A DNA stretch of 55,407 bases, filler included, from Dirinaria sp. TL-2023a (GCA_051941275.1; 3 parts of 3 records of this genome joined end to end with filler, not necessarily neighbours in it), one strand, 5' to 3'; numbered from the whole stretch's first letter, positions 11,486 to 25,743 are shown. The notes: generated by a model not told the origin, from the sequence alone. Translations and numbers: made by a program.

Positions 11486-13230
11486 ATGTGGGTGGAAAAT
11501 GGACGATACGAACGCGAACGGAGAATTAATTTGGATCTATGGATATAAGATCAATAATGCATTCCTGGGAATGCAAGGAACAAATAGCCTGTTCAGCCGC
11601 AGCTGGATTGGTAACGATCACACGTGTCTTCACTCTTCAGGCGTCCAGGGCGGCTTCTTAACAGCTATACTTTCGCCGGAGTGCGGCACAGGACACAGCA
11701 TTGAGCATCGTGTCACTTCAATTATGCGCCCCGACATGCTGGCGATGCTGGAATAGGAAAACCGACGTCGATGTTGAGACGAAGCGCCACAGCATGAAAG
11801 TCGCGATTTCGCGACAAACGGTATGGGAGGTTTACCGCATTATTGCTGCGACATGCTACAAGCTCCCAACCGAGATTCGATTGAGTCGCTTCGCGAAAGA
11901 AATCCAGCACGGAGGTTTCGCAACATCCGATTTGTAAGTGCGGAGGACCACCGGGCACCGGCGAATCCTGGCTAGCGTTGTGGACGCAAAGCTTCGTCCT
12001 CTAGGTGGCTACAATTAAGGTAAGGTAGGCTTTAAAGAGCACAGCTGCACCCTAAAGTAGGTAGCAAGTTGGCGCCTTCGGGTGATAAAATTGGTTGGTC
12101 CCCTGGGCGATGTTCATTTGGTCACAATAATAGCGGCATTGACTGCGCTAGCCAGGACTTATGGCTGTACGTTTCAACACGAATTAATTGTAGCATAGCA
12201 TAGAGTCTGATGCCAGTGGCTCAAAATATACTCTTAGTTAAGGCATACTTTTAAGGTATCGAGGTACTCCGTACCCCGTACCTTTTACAGATACTTTGTG
12301 AGTGCTAGCTAGCGCCATGCGAGCCCCTACCCCAGGGATTTCAAAGTACGCTAAGATGATTACCTTAAGTGGAAATACATTACCATACTCCGTACCAGGT
12401 ATACTACTAATACCTGGTATATTACTGTAGCTGAACTTACCGTCGTGCAGTAGCGAGCCTAATTGGTATTAGCGCGGCGGCTCAAGTCACCTGCAATCAG
12501 AGAAAACTTCCCCCAATTCCCTTGCCATGAAGACTCCTGTGCTTTTGATTTTGTATTATCGTCACTTCACCTCCATACGCTCTGCTGGATCTTTTTATGA
12601 GGCGAAGTGAAGCCTTTCGAGCTTTTGACCATAATTAGGTGACATGGGTGCAGCGCTCACTTAGCTCGAGTTTCGCATGAACATTATCTGAGAGCTTTAC
12701 AAGATGGAATCGCACGGTAGAGCGGCTAACGGGTTTCTTTCAAATAATGTTTCATGTTCTCTTTCTTTTTTCTTTCGAATTGAGTAGCTTTATGCAGTCA
12801 TGCGCGTCTTCCGCCGTGGCTCTACGACAATCTTTTTGTTGAAAACCCGACAATATCTTGATTGTGAGCTGTTCTCAGATCCTCGAGAGAAATCCCAGCC
12901 TCTGTCGGAGCAGGACAGTGCTGCCGTGGAGATTATTGTGGACTCTCTCAGTAACGGTCCCCATCTACTGACTTGAAAGCTCTCTAGAACTATTACTTGT
13001 GTTCACATTCTTGGTTATCTTGGAGCCTTGTTGGATGGATGATATACATATCCTCAACCTTTTTTCCCCCCTTCGTATCTGACAGCTATGCATGGCCATA
13101 GCTGTGAGCTTTCATTGTTCTTCGTGATTGCTACCTCAATGGCACGATTTTGGAATTACGAGGAGACATTTAACTTAGTGAGATCCTCATCGGCCCGGGT
13201 CCCTTCCTCTCTCTATCGCCGCCAACGAAC

Positions 13231-14680
13231 TTACACTTGTCTACTCAACCCATCCATCACCGCCTCGGGTCCCATCGATGGCAAGTCAAGCTTCAATAGC
13301 TTTATAGCATTGTTCCGGCCCTACCGTATCGAAGAACTCAGCATAATACTCCCCATATATTGAAGCGTGCGAGTACCAACGACCAAGCCACTCACCATAT
13401 TGACTTTATCCATTGGATTGATCTGCAGTGCATCCCACCAGATAGCTGCTTCTTCGATATCTTCAAACTGTCCGAGTGTCAGCGAAATAAGCTCTATCAA
13501 CTTGAGTTGGCAGAGCGTTTTACTGGATGATCTATCGAGAACATGACGCGATCCGCTCCTACAGCCGTGATAGCGTTCATTAAATCCGGAGTCGAAAAGT
13601 GCCCCGATGTGGTCAACCAAATGTTCTTTTGGAAATAGTACCGAACCGGCTTCTTCATCGGCAACCCTTTATGCCGATAATGGCGAACCATCCAATGATC
13701 TATGCGCCAGAGGTGGCCTGGTATCATCTCCCCAAGATGACCGATGACCATCTTAATTCCGGGGAAGCGATCAAAGACACCATTAACGCACATTCCCAGA
13801 ACATGACGTTGAAGGTCCTGGGCGAATTGTAGGGATGCGATACTCAGCCACCAGCGAGGATCCCAAAGTTCTTTCTGCAGATGTGGTGACTATACAAATT
13901 GTATAAGAGTGCATTCTCATGCTCTATGATCTGAGTCTTACTGCCAGCCTTGGATGCATATATACGACCGTATCCAGTTCCTAAAAAAAAGCAGTCAGTC
14001 TGAATCAAGAACCACTGCTGCACTTTTGCGGATGCACGCGGGCTTCTACAGACTTGAACAGCAGCCCAAAAAGGGTCGTATTCTGGCTGGTCGTACGTAA
14101 GCATAGTTTCGCCGTCTATTCCAGCTGACTGGAAATCGTTCAGGATGGCTCCCTTCAAGCCTAGCTCCGTCACGCAGCGGCGCAACTCCTCTGCAGCTTG
14201 GTGGGCGTCATGCATAGAGAGCACGCAGAAGCCGGCAAACCGCTTCGGATTCTTGGCCACCTGTTCTGCCATATAGTCATTCGCTCGGTGGGCGAGTCCC
14301 TGTGCACAATACGTCAGTGGTCAATAGTCTCGGTATGTTAAGAACTGCAACCTCAGCTTTCTCTCTGTCATATTCTCCCTGTGGACCGGGACTTGCAAGT
14401 GATAAGATGAACAACTCGACGTTATACCGGGTCATTATCTCTAGCCTTTCTCCATGAATGTCTAGCATCTGCTCCGCGAAAGCGTCGCCTTTTTCAGGCA
14501 GGGCAAGTTTCTTGCACTGGTCTACGGTTTCTGGCATATGTATCTTTTCATATGGATATCAGCCATTTTTTGACTGGTAACGCCGGGATCGGGTCTCTAA
14601 CCGCTTCTTCTAGAGCTATCTTGCCCAACTGAGGACCTCTTTAGCAGTTCGACTATTTTACTTTTAAGGAGTAATACCAT
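13231..14680 (-). CDS. Amidohydrolase-2 family aromatic acid decarboxylase (2,3-dihydroxybenzoate / gamma-resorcylate / orsellinate decarboxylase-like), multi-exon
   Basis: Spliced M/LGKIALEEA, LDIHGERL, ILSLASPGPQ, PKRFAGF, VYMHPR, GVFDRFP..IGHLGE, WLTTSGHFS, RVMFSIDHP/FE and GRNNAIKLL. An alternative in-frame ATG lies at 14725. The 3' end is tentative. Confidence 0.9.
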
Positions 14681-15117
14681 GTACGCTGGCGCTAGAAAGT
14701 CGCCTCCTGCATGGACTTTGGGCATGATGAACAGTACTGGACGGAGATATTCAGGGTTGCTCAGATGCGAGAAGCGGACTCCATATGAATAAGCTCCTCA
14801 TTTATAGTTCGCTGTGAGCTTCACCGTCGGATTAAGAGGATGCTGTAGTATTAAACGCACAATGTCGTAAGCTGCACACTTGATTGGCTATAAGTATATC
14901 TCCGCTGTACGTCTGATTGGACCAACTTCATTGCTGTTCATTACTGTAAACGGATTTACTCGGGCCGCTACCGCGTGAACCTAGGAGCGTGCGATCTTGT
15001 CAATGATAAGGCAGAAAGGTGAACAAGAAATTGACTGCTCTGCGAACTTCGTTGTTCAGCTGGTGGATCAAGCGCTTACTAGGAGAGTCTCCAATATCAG
15101 GTCTTGCGTCCTTCGCC

Positions 15118-17379
15118 ATGTCAAAGGATCGAGACCACGCTCAATTAGAGCGAGTCTCCAACCTCGACTCGTTGCCATCAAACACAGCCAAAGCAGCTGT
15201 AAATATTGAAGATGATCCCCATTGCGCCGCTCTCGAGGATGACGAGAAGCATCGGCTGCCCGCCAAAACTTGGGCTGCTGTCTTTTTCTTGGGATTCACG
15301 TTCCAGCCCGCTCTTGCGTTCTCGATCCTAGGTGTCTTCCCAATCATTACCATCATTGCGGTGGACGTGGCTGGTACAACGAACAGCTCGTCATGGATGT
15401 CTTCTGGCTGGACGCTTGGCGGAACAATCGCCTTCTCCATTGCGGGCAGGCTGTCAGACATATTTGGGCGCAGATATGTACTATTGCTCGGACAGCTCCT
15501 TCTAATACTCTCCTACGTACGATTTTGTGTCTGTCGAGCTTGGCTTAGAACTGTGACTGATAAGAGAAGATCGTTGGGGCGACAGCACACAGTTTGAATC
15601 AACTTATTGCTGCAATGGCAATCGGCGGCTTTGGCACTGGGATCGCTCTCGTGCTGTATCCTGGCATAACAGAGATCCTTCCAAACAAATATCGTCCAGC
15701 AGGGCTGGCATGGACAGAATTCAATCTCGTCCCAATGTCCATCTTCGGATCCTTGGCTGGTCATGCTTTGGCGCAGAACTCAACGTGGCGATGGGTAGAA
15801 TTTATTGAATCTGCAGCCCGTGGAAACTGCCACTAATATACACTGCTAGATGTTCATTATTGGTGGCATTACAGGTGCCATCTCTATGGTTGGATCTGCA
15901 GTCTTCTATTTTCCGCCAAAACGTCCACAGGCTGTGGCGCACATTCCACGTGGCCAATTGATTAAAGAACTCGATTACCTAGGTCAACTAGATCCGTCTT
16001 AGTCGCTAATGATGGCAGCACTCACGTTTCTTAGGCTTCTTCCTCTACACCGTCGGACTTGTGATCTTACTCATTGGCTTATACCAAGGAGGCAACACCC
16101 AGATCTGGCGCCAAGCTAGCGTGGTTGCTCCCATCGTACTGGGTGCATTAGCTTTTCTCGGATGCTTTGTATGGGAGTGGAGTGGTATCCCTAAGCGGCC
16201 ACTCTTCCCACTTTACATGTTCAAGAAATTTAGAGAATTCACCGTTTTGCTCATGTAAGCCATGCCACTCGCAAAGGATGGTAGCACATGGTAATACTTT
16301 GTAGTTGCATATTCGTCACAGGGTTTTGGTAAGAAGTTGCTGGAACAGTCTTCCAGCCCTTAAGATATGACTAGAAAGGCATACTGACGAAAAACAGCTA
16401 TTATGCAATGACGAGTCTAATTCCCCAGCAACTGCTCCATGTCTACTCGACCGATAGGATAAAGCTCGGCGAACTGCAGATGGCAGCAGGCGCCGGCAAT
16501 GTGTTGTTAGTAGTACCGTCGTGGTACTCATCACAAATATACTGATGACAGACATCAGTGGTGGAGTTGTCATGGGCGCAGCGGTGCATAAGCTGAAACA
16601 TGTCAATTTTCAGCTCCTGGTCGCCGTGGCAATACAGACGCTGTTCCTAGCGCTGTCCGCATTAGATACTCCAAGAACTACTGCGCAGACACTCGCCTTT
16701 CACTTCTTGGCGACAGTGCCCTTCGCTTGGTATGTATCCTCCAGCGGCTGAGGATCTAATATCCAGTTGACATTTGTATCAGGGTGACTGTTGCATGCTA
16801 TGTGACTGCAAGCCTCCATATTCCTCAAAGGGATCTTGGGATTGGTAAGCGCAATTTTTTCATCTCGCTCACCTGAAAAATCTCAGGCTTAGAGATTTAA
16901 ATTGCAGCCCTTCTCCATCACGTAAATAGGTTGTAGCTTGGCTAACATACACACTGCTCATAGCTCAAGGATCTATTGGAACCTTCCGTTTCCTTGGTGG
17001 TGCCATCGGAAGCACCGTTCTGAATATTGTCATCAATGAAAAGTCAACTGAAAAGTTACCTGGCTACATTTCCAGGGCTGTGCTCCCTCTGGGCCTTCCA
17101 CAGGATGAACTCAAGGCATTCTCAGCAGCTCTGACGGCGGGCAAGCCTTTAAGTGTCCCGGGCGTCACGCCAGCCATCGCCGCTGCTGGTGTTGCAGCTT
17201 CTCGAGAGGCCTGGTCATATGCATTTCGCATCGCGTTTTTGGTCACAATCCCTTTCGGTATTATCGCGACTGTCGTAGCGTATTTCGTGGCAGATCCATC
17301 GAAGTACTTTACGCAGCATGTGGCAATCCACTTGGAAACTGACAGAAAGGATGTACAAGCTGAGAAAACCCATGTTTGA
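15118..17379 (+). CDS. MFS transporter, Tri12 (fungal trichothecene efflux)-like family, multi-exon
   Basis: MFS motif A GRLSDIFGRRY, EILPNKYRP, WRW, ELDYLG, repeated hydrophobic segments and C-terminal SREAWSYAFR..TIPFG..FTQHVA, spread across GT-AG introns. Confidence 0.88.
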
Positions 17380-18446
17380 AGAGGAGCGTTTCAACTGCCA
17401 AAGTTGCGAATGGGTAGCTTTTAAAGAAGAATAAGTGTCCTGTTGATAATCAAGGCTTGAGAAGTTAGTCCACCAGTCTTTCCTGAAGCAGACTTTCCAG
17501 AGAGTACGCACTTGACTACATCTACAACGAGGATGGATCAAAGGATGGCTATCGCATTCAATATCAGATCTGACGGGTTGACACTCCGCAGTCATCCCCT
17601 CTCACGCACTCCAGGTCGCTCCACTTCAGCATAGTTTATTTCTTAAAGCACAATTGCGGTAGTGAAAGATAAGAGCTAATCGTTTTACATTGGTTATCGA
17701 GAAAAAAGTCCGCCTGCCGAGTAAAACACATATCCGAAATACACGGAAGAGACTAAGTTCTGATGTGGAAAAACATGTCCTCATGTCGTTTCCTCCCACT
17801 CACCCTCCCCCTTCCTTTTCTTGTTTTTCTATATCAATTCTGCTGCGCATCGATGCTGATGTGCGGCTAGTGAAAGCTTGTTGCATAGCTATTATTATTT
17901 GACAGCTCAAACACATCTAAAAGCTATTAAACACGGGCGAGCGCTTCCAGCGCTTTGGAGCGCGGCAACAACACCGCCTCGACGTCCGCTCAAATCGCTT
18001 TTAGGAGTGTTTCGCCTTGTTTGAACCTACTTAGGCTAAGCCATCATAACCAAAAATAAAGCTCCGAACGGAAGAAGCCGAACGCTCGTATTTCGATTGT
18101 GGCAAGATTCATGACTGTGCGGCAGAAGACTCAATGGAGCGCATACTTCAGCGCAAGCTCCAGGACCATTAGTCCAAACAAAAATTGAAGGAACAAATTT
18201 TTCCGACACGCTTCGATCATGTTATTATTGACCTGCTGCAAGATCCCCGCTTGAGCATTTCGTCTCCAAATTTTCGGATCTGGAAAGAGATATCATTTGC
18301 AATCCCTTCTTTGATAGATCAAACCTCTACGCCCCGTCCTTGCCATCCCACACAATCATGCTCTTTACCAGTCTCTCCCTTTTCACCATCTTAGCAACCT
18401 CCTTCCTGCCCACAATCCTGTCACAATCCCCCTCCGCCTTCCCTCC

Positions 18447-18546
18447 NNNNNNNNNNNNNNNNNNNNNNNNNNNNNNNNNNNNNNNNNNNNTTAATTAATT
18501 AANNNNNNNNNNNNNNNNNNNNNNNNNNNNNNNNNNNNNNNNNNNN
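18447..18546. other. Assembly gap: 100-bp N spacer containing a TTAATTAATTAA linker
   Basis: 44 N + TTAATTAATTAA (18491-18502) + 44 N. The linker gives stops in all six frames. Confidence 0.97.
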
Positions 18547-21500
18547 GGGAATACACATACCTTTTCCTTCCCCTCCAGAAGAAGAAGCGCGGCCTTGGCG
18601 ACCACGGCACTCATCTCCTTGATCGCGACGCGTTCTTCGAACCCGACGTCCTGCTGCTCCCTCTCCCTCATACCCGGCAGAGCATCGACCAAATACCCCA
18701 CGAGCTCCGATCGCGCCTTTCGGTCCGGCCCTCCTTCCTCCCCCGGAGGCTGGACGAGCGCGACGAAATCCTCGTAGATCTGTCCCCCCGATCTCCACTC
18801 CTCGATTCCGGCCCGGCCTTGGAACTGCTCCAGCAGCGCCCGCAGCGTGGCGTAGTCCTGCTCGATCACCGCCTGCGGGCCAACCGTGCGGCAGAGCACG
18901 CTGTGCGCTTCGGTCCAGTTCTTGGCGCGCAGCAGATGTTGCACTTCGCCCACGGCGTCTTCTTCGGAGCGTGACAGCAGCGCTTTGGCTTCCCAGATCC
19001 AGGCGGCGGGGATCTGGAATTCGGTGGTTAGCGTGGTGAGTTCGGGGTCTTTGATGTCGGCGGCGTGGTGCGCGAGGATGGATTGGATGGCGAGTTTGCG
19101 CTGCTCCGGGTTGGATAGGTGGAGGATGGCGAACAGGGCCCACACCCATTCCCCCTTTGATTCGAGTTGGGTTGCGAAGTCCCAGGTTATTTGGTCGGCT
19201 TTTGTGCGGTCGGTCTGGGGAAAGTGGAGGGCAAGGAGGTGGTAAAGCTGAAAGCTCAAGCGGGAGCCGAGAGGATTGCCGGTGGTGTTCTTGGGGTCCA
19301 CGATTTCTGCGAGAGGAGCGGAGACGCCAGCTTTAGAGGAGGCGTAGAGCTTGAGAAGACCCCAGAGGATGTGGTCCCCGAGCTCTGAATTTTGATCTCC
19401 TTGCCCGTCTGGACTGGCCTTTTGATCAACGAAGCTGGGGACAGGTTTTTTGGTTTCCCCAGATTCAAGGTCTTCTGCAAACTTCTGGATCGCTGTCTCA
19501 AGTGCATCTTCTGGATCGATGGCGTACCAGAGACGGAGACCAAATGCGCGCTCCCAGCCCAAGTTGAATCGTTCACTAATCAGGAACGTTCGGGCTCGGT
19601 CTTCCAGTGGACCTTTCTTGCCTTCACACTTACACGTGTTGCCGGCGAGAAGTTCATACAGTGCTCGGATGGGCTCAGTCATCTCAGAAAGCATGTTCAG
19701 CTTTCTCCATTCCTCAAGCTGGGATGTGATATCTTCACGACTGGCGCCGTCATCGCCTAACTGAGCAATCAGAATCGCCAAGCGGTAATCTTTACCTTGT
19801 ATAAGTGCCTCGCATGCCTCGGGGATTTTGTGGGCTGTAAGATGAGCAATCGCTCGTTCCTCTGCACTTGAAGCAGCGGAACATGCGTCTCGAGCCGCGC
19901 CATGACAAAGCTTCTGCCAGAACCTCGAGAGATCCTCCTTTTGCACACGGTGCAAGAGCGATGCCGTATGGTCATGCGGTAAGCCCGTGTCTGTATCCGA
20001 GATAAGGTTGTCGAAGAGTACAGAAGCTAGTTCCCACACATTTTGCTCCTGATGTAGATCATCCTGAATACCGGAGAAGAACTCCTTGAGTGGCACAAGC
20101 CGCGTCTCAGCCACAGGCACATTGCCATTCAGGGTGAAGTTTGTATGACTCCTCTGTTTACGTATGGTTTCTGGAGTCAGCTGTGGTATAGAGTTAGCAT
20201 CGTGATTCTAGTATCTCAAACCGACGCGTTTCCTTACATTTGAAGGCGCAATCAGCTTGGCGACGGCAATCTCGCGACCGTCAGAGGATACAGTATCTCT
20301 CTGCTTTAGCAAAGCGTGGGTGCTTTGGGAAGACTGGCTCTTCGGTTGGGCTATTTGGCTTGGCTTCGAATAAAGGATGATAGAGTCTGGACCCCAATAT
20401 GGCTTGTAGGACTCGTGAAAGCTCCGTTCCTGCTCATCCATGTCGTTTTCATCGATCTTTGGTCGCTTTTTGTAAGGCCACTAGAACAACGTATACTCAG
20501 CTAATTTCTTTGCATTGGTTCGCTACATACATGGTTGCGGAAAAGACAATAGACCGTCCAATGTGCTATCTAGCTCGTTGAATACTGGAATATAGAGAAG
20601 GGGAAATCAAACCTCAAAATCTTTCCCCTTGCCCGATCGCTTGGTACTTGTCAGACCCTTCCGCGCTAAGTCCTTTCCATACAACGAGTTCATCAAGTCG
20701 ATGCTGGTTTTCAATTCTTTGCCGGCGCCTGTTTCAGACAATTTCACCTGCACCGCTTCTTCACCTTCGCTCTCATACTTCTGTAAAGCGTACGCTTGGG
20801 ACTCCCGGAGGGCTTGGCGGTCCTGCTTTCGCGGACTAATAGTCTTTTGCAGCTCATCGGCCCAGTCTCCATTGGCACTAAGATTGAAATTTCTTGGTGT
20901 CCCAGGATCAATGGAACCCTGTTTCATATTTTTCAGGATCGACCTTGGCATGAAAGTGCTATTGCTCATGGTGGGCTTCAATTCTTGTGCGTCTTCATGT
21001 GGAAAAGACCCGGCCATCTCCATCTCTTCGTCATGAATGATAAGCGACCTATCGTCAATTGCACCAGCGGCTTCTGCCAATTCGCTTGGCTCATCAACAC
21101 CATCCTCGGATGGTGTGACGGCCAAGCCATCTAATTCAGACTCCGCATCTTGTCCCATGTCGTCCATGTTTTCGTCATAGTAAACAGCAGCGCTCTCATC
21201 AAACGCACCGGGAAGGATGTTTCTCCTTCGAAATTCAAATGTGTCATATGGACTCGAGCTCACATTCGATGGCACATCCGTCGATATAGTGGAGCTCTGC
21301 AATGAACTCAATTTCGAAGAGCCAGTACTCGTTGGAAATGGACGGGGTTTTGGAGTTGGTGTACCAGGACCGGAGCTCTCGGTGCTCATAGTACTCATGT
21401 GCAGGCTATCGCCTTCACTGGCGGTATCGTCGTAGTCAAGCGCGTAGGTCGTAAAATGAGGTACTTTAAAACTCCAAATTCCGGTGTCCTTGTCGTAGTC

Positions 21501-24500
21501 CAGAAACTCGGTCCCATGTACCTTCCGAAGCTTGTCAACATGTCTATCGAAATCAGAGCCACTCTTCTGGTTTGAAGGGGTTCTACGGTCTTTCAGTCGT
21601 GGCCAAGAGTTTTCAAGGTAGAGAGTGGAGGGCACATTCAGCCCTTGGCCCACAGAAGGCTTGTTATCCGGGTCAGGGTAGACGGTAATTGAGCGATGTG
21701 TAATGACAGCAATGTTGCCAAATATTTCGTCAAGCTTGACATTGTTGAGATCCACTGGCTCATTGAAGACTACGCGACCACAATTCTGGCGCCCGACCTC
21801 GAAATGGGAAACCTTGCTCTTTTGTTGCTGAGACATATTCTCAATCTCGTTACGTGAGGGCCGCATGTAGTACGGACCAGGCTTTGGGTCCGTTCGCGGT
21901 CTGTGACCAGAAGGTCGATTGTTGGAGGTAGTTGTTGACTCGGGCGACTCATCTTCATGCACAATTGCAAGCTCATTACCTTTCACTTGTTCCATTTCGG
22001 GCTGAGAAGATGCTCCGTTAGTCTTTCGAGTCGTATATTTGCTATTACCACGCGATGACGACCTGAGGAAACCTTGTTCCTGAGCGCTTGGCTCGGCGCT
22101 GTTGACAGTGTCACTCGAGGTCGTGTTGTTAGCTAGATGGCCATCCTGCCCGTCTTCTTTGCCACCTACGGTGTTAGTGTCGAAGCTGACCTTTTTCTTC
22201 AAGATGCCGGGCTGCTTCGACTGATCGGCCTTTTCAGGGCTCGGTAGTGCTGCTGGGCTACCATTACCGAACAAGTCTGTACGGAGGCTACGGTCAATAT
22301 GAAGCCTCTTCATACTTCCGGCACCAGAGTAGCGAGAACTGCCGGCGGAGAAGGCGCCGGGGGCGAGCAAGCTCTCCCCATCGCTATCGAAGGATCGGCG
22401 CAGATTGCTCGTAGACAGGCTCTTCCCAAGGCCCCTACTGAGACTGCTATGTAAGAGACTGCCGCCAAATCCTCCAGGGGTGCTAATAGTGCTTCCAATG
22501 CTTGAAGGCGTTCCATAATTGGAATATGAGAATCCAAAACCATTCCGCCGAGGAGTCATGAGCCTAGATTGGGATTGAGCAGGATTGATCTTGTAATTCG
22601 GCGGTATAATGCTCTTTCTGGCTGTACTTCCCCTGTTGATTGGCGTCGCCATCGGCATCGGGCTTGGTTGTGGGGGTGGCGGAAGACCATCATAGATTGA
22701 AGCGCTGCCGTAGGGATACTTATCGAGTATGGTAGCCTGAAGAGTCTGTGGTTGCGCCAGAGCATTCGGCTGCTGCTGGGGCATACCTAAGAAACTGGAG
22801 CTGTTATTGTTTGAGCTACCGAAGAGCCCTCCAGGTTGTTGCTGCTGGTTGTTGGTAGAAGCTGTAGGCCCAAACAGCGAGCCACCAGCAGGCTGCTGTT
22901 GGTTGTTATTGGCGCTACCAAACAAGCCGCCACCAGTTGATCCGGCACTGCCAAAGAGACCACCGGGTTTCTGTTGCTGTTGATTGTTGCTCCCGAAGAG
23001 TCCGCCACCCTGGTTTTGCTGGTTCTGATTCGCGTTGTTGTTGCCAAGCGAGTTGGCAAACAGACCGCCTCCAGTATTGTTCGCTGCAGTAGAAGCATTG
23101 CTGCCGAATAAGCCTCCTCCAGTGCTCGCAGGCTTCCCGAACAGGCCTCCGCCACTCTGTTGCTGCTGCTGGTTGCTATTGTTAAAGAGCCCGCTTGAAG
23201 GCTGCTGCTGCTGGGAGCTATTGGCGTTATTAAATAATCCTCCACCGGTATTGGTCGAAGTGTTACTGCCGAAAAGACCTCCAGGCTTCTGCTGATTGTT
23301 CTGGCCGAATCCGCCGAAACCTGTATTAGTGGTGGCCTGGTTTTGATTCTGTTGGCTCGATCCGAATCCCCCAAAGGGATTAGTATTTTGCTGCGGTTGT
23401 TGCTGTTGACCACTCCCAAATGCAGAAGTGTTTTGGTTACTGCCAAACAAGCCACCACCAGTGTTGCTCGTGTTATTGGCGCCAAACCCACTTGCCCCAG
23501 AACCGAATCCGGTTCCAGTATTGGCGTTGTTGCCGAACGAGAACCCAGTCTTAGGCTGTTCTTGTTGTTGACCGCCGAAGCCGCCGAAGCCGGTGTTGGT
23601 GTTGGTGCTACTTGAAAAGAGACCACCAGCAGGTTGAGAAGACGTTGTATTGTTAGTCCCAAATAAACCTCCACCTGCCGGTTTATTCGCTTGACCGAAC
23701 AGCCCACTGCCAGTATTCGTATTCCCAAACGTATTGTTCGTCTGGCCACCGCCAAACGATGAGGATGTGTTGTTACTTTGGGTGCCGAAGGGATTCGTTG
23801 TAGTAGCGGACTGCTGTCCACCAAAGCCAGAAAATCCGAAAGCACCGGCTTGGCCACTGCCATTACCGAATCGTCGCCCTTGGTTGTAGTCTGCTAATCT
23901 TAATTCCTAAGAAACGTTAGTCGTTGCGGGAAATTCCTCTATATTCGGGCACGTACCTCAAATGAGAAGTTTCGGTAGGGTGGCATAAAACTAATGCTCT
24001 GGAAGTGATTTGTTACCGAGCTCGTAGCCGTACCATCCTTCTCCGTAAATGGCTGGAATGGCGTACTGCCTGTACCTTGACATTCAGTGGTATTGGTGCC
24101 AAGTGCAGACCCCAAAGTATTGCCGAATCCGCCCGTGGTTTGGTTCTGGGGCTGTCCAAACGTATTGTTGCCAGATCCGCCTCCAAACAAGTTGCCGCCT
24201 GTACTGGTTTGCGCTCCGAAAGCAGGTTTGTTGGCGGTGCCGAACATGCCTCCACTAGTGTTGGCATTGCTCCCGAATCCGCCGAAACCTGTTGATGCCG
24301 GGGCAGTCGTCGAATTGCTGCCAAATAGGCCTCCACCGCTTGTTGTAGCCGTAGTGTTGCCAAATCCCGCTCGGTTGGCGCCGAATGCAGCTGTGGTGTT
24401 GTTTGACCCGAAGCCTGAACCTGTGGTAGCTTCATAAGTCAGCGATTCCGAAACGCAGTTCGCGCATGCCGAAACATATTGTCCTCAGTCAGCCGACATA

Positions 24501-24815
24501 CCTCCAGTACCGAAACCGGCATTTGTACTGCTGCCGAATAGGGCACTGCCGGTGTTATTCGGGGTGCTTCCAAAGCCTGTATTTGCTTGCTGGCCGAAAC
24601 CTAGATGGAGTAGAGAAGGTAATGTTAGACGTCTAGCAGATGCCAAGTTCAAGGCAATGGAGCATCTGGCGTGTGCTTTGGCATATGGAAGGAGATGGTT
24701 GAGACATACCTGTACCAGTGCCTGCAGTATTGTTATTGGACCCAAACCCACCAAACCCGGTGTTTTGCGGTTGCTGCTGATTATTTTGCTGGCCGAAACC
24801 TCCAAAGAGAGCCAT
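18547..24815 (-). CDS. sonB: Nucleoporin Nup98-Nup96 precursor (SonB/Nup189/Nup145-like), multi-exon; 3' end lost in the gap
   Basis: Dense GLFG/FG repeats, a GLEBS-like segment (FQSISFMPPYRNFSFE/ELRLADY), an autoproteolytic domain (KPSVGQGLNVP...WSFKVPHF|TTY) and a Nup96 helical domain (WERAFGLRLWY, FATQLE, WALFAILHL, IPAAWIWEAKAL). Confidence 0.95.
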
Positions 24816-25743
24816 GATTGCAGCTGTGAATACTACAGAGGAACGCGGTGAGCTTTAAGAGTAGTGAAAAGGCGATGCTCCGATATGGACCGGGGTGAGC
24901 CCACGAATGGCCTGAGGATAATTGAGGTTGGGGTAGGAATGGAAAAAGCGCGACAGAGGTGTTGAAAGATTAAAAGTGATTGCTTAAGCGTGGATAACAC
25001 AAAGACGCCTCATCGCGGTCGCACTAAGTATGATTGCTCATGCACAAAGAGAATATGCAGTTGGAGAGGGTAGAAGATATGCAGAATTGACCGAGGCAGG
25101 ACGCGCTCTCTGAGAATAAGAAGGTAAACTACGAGCGAGGTTGAAGAAGGTTGAGAAATGGGAGGGGGTCAAATTGGGTTAAAGCGAGTCTGAAAAATAC
25201 GCTTGGTAAGCAGAATCGTAGGCACCGACAAAATCTCATCAGGCACAATTTAGGCTGCCTCGGCTTGCCCGCACAACCCGCTAGGCAGCGACACATGATG
25301 ACTCATCACAGAAACACTCATTGTGAACAAACTCAACTTCCTCATCTACAGTACTGTACCTTACACTTCCTCCCATACCACTCATTTGACGGAATCACCG
25401 TTTCCTCATCTCCTGCTGAAATGAAATCAGCAGATTATCTCATACATCCCTATTAGCCTTCCAACGAGGTAATGCGACAAATAGAGCAAGAATTGAGCAT
25501 CAGTGCCCCAATGGTTGGTGATGTTGTGGGATACAGACATATGATTATCGTAGTCGCATGGTGGTGTGTTTGAACACGCGATGGCACATGACTCCACAGG
25601 CCTCTACTTGCACTTGACCTCGATCAGAATGATGGATGAAAGACTCTTTTTGTGGATCAGGGACTTTATTATTTCAGTCTGGCTACATGTACGTTAAAGC
25701 GTTTACGTCGAAGCAGTATGCTATTACATCTCGATACGGCATC

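Noticed and set aside
18491..18502. Palindromic TTAATTAATTAA flanked by Ns (also at 36993-37004)
   Set aside because: The identical 100-bp layout at both sites and stops in all six frames mark an artificial contig linker. It also means adjacency across the gaps is not proven.
21450..21458. Nup98-96 autocleavage site reads HF|T instead of HF|S
   Set aside because: Thr is an equivalent nucleophile and, as I recall, is common in filamentous ascomycete orthologs.
22787..23863. 358-aa alternative-frame ORF overlapping the FG repeats, plus other long overlapping or antisense ORFs in GC-rich CDSs
   Set aside because: These are shadow frames caused by repeat and codon bias, with no protein-like motifs.
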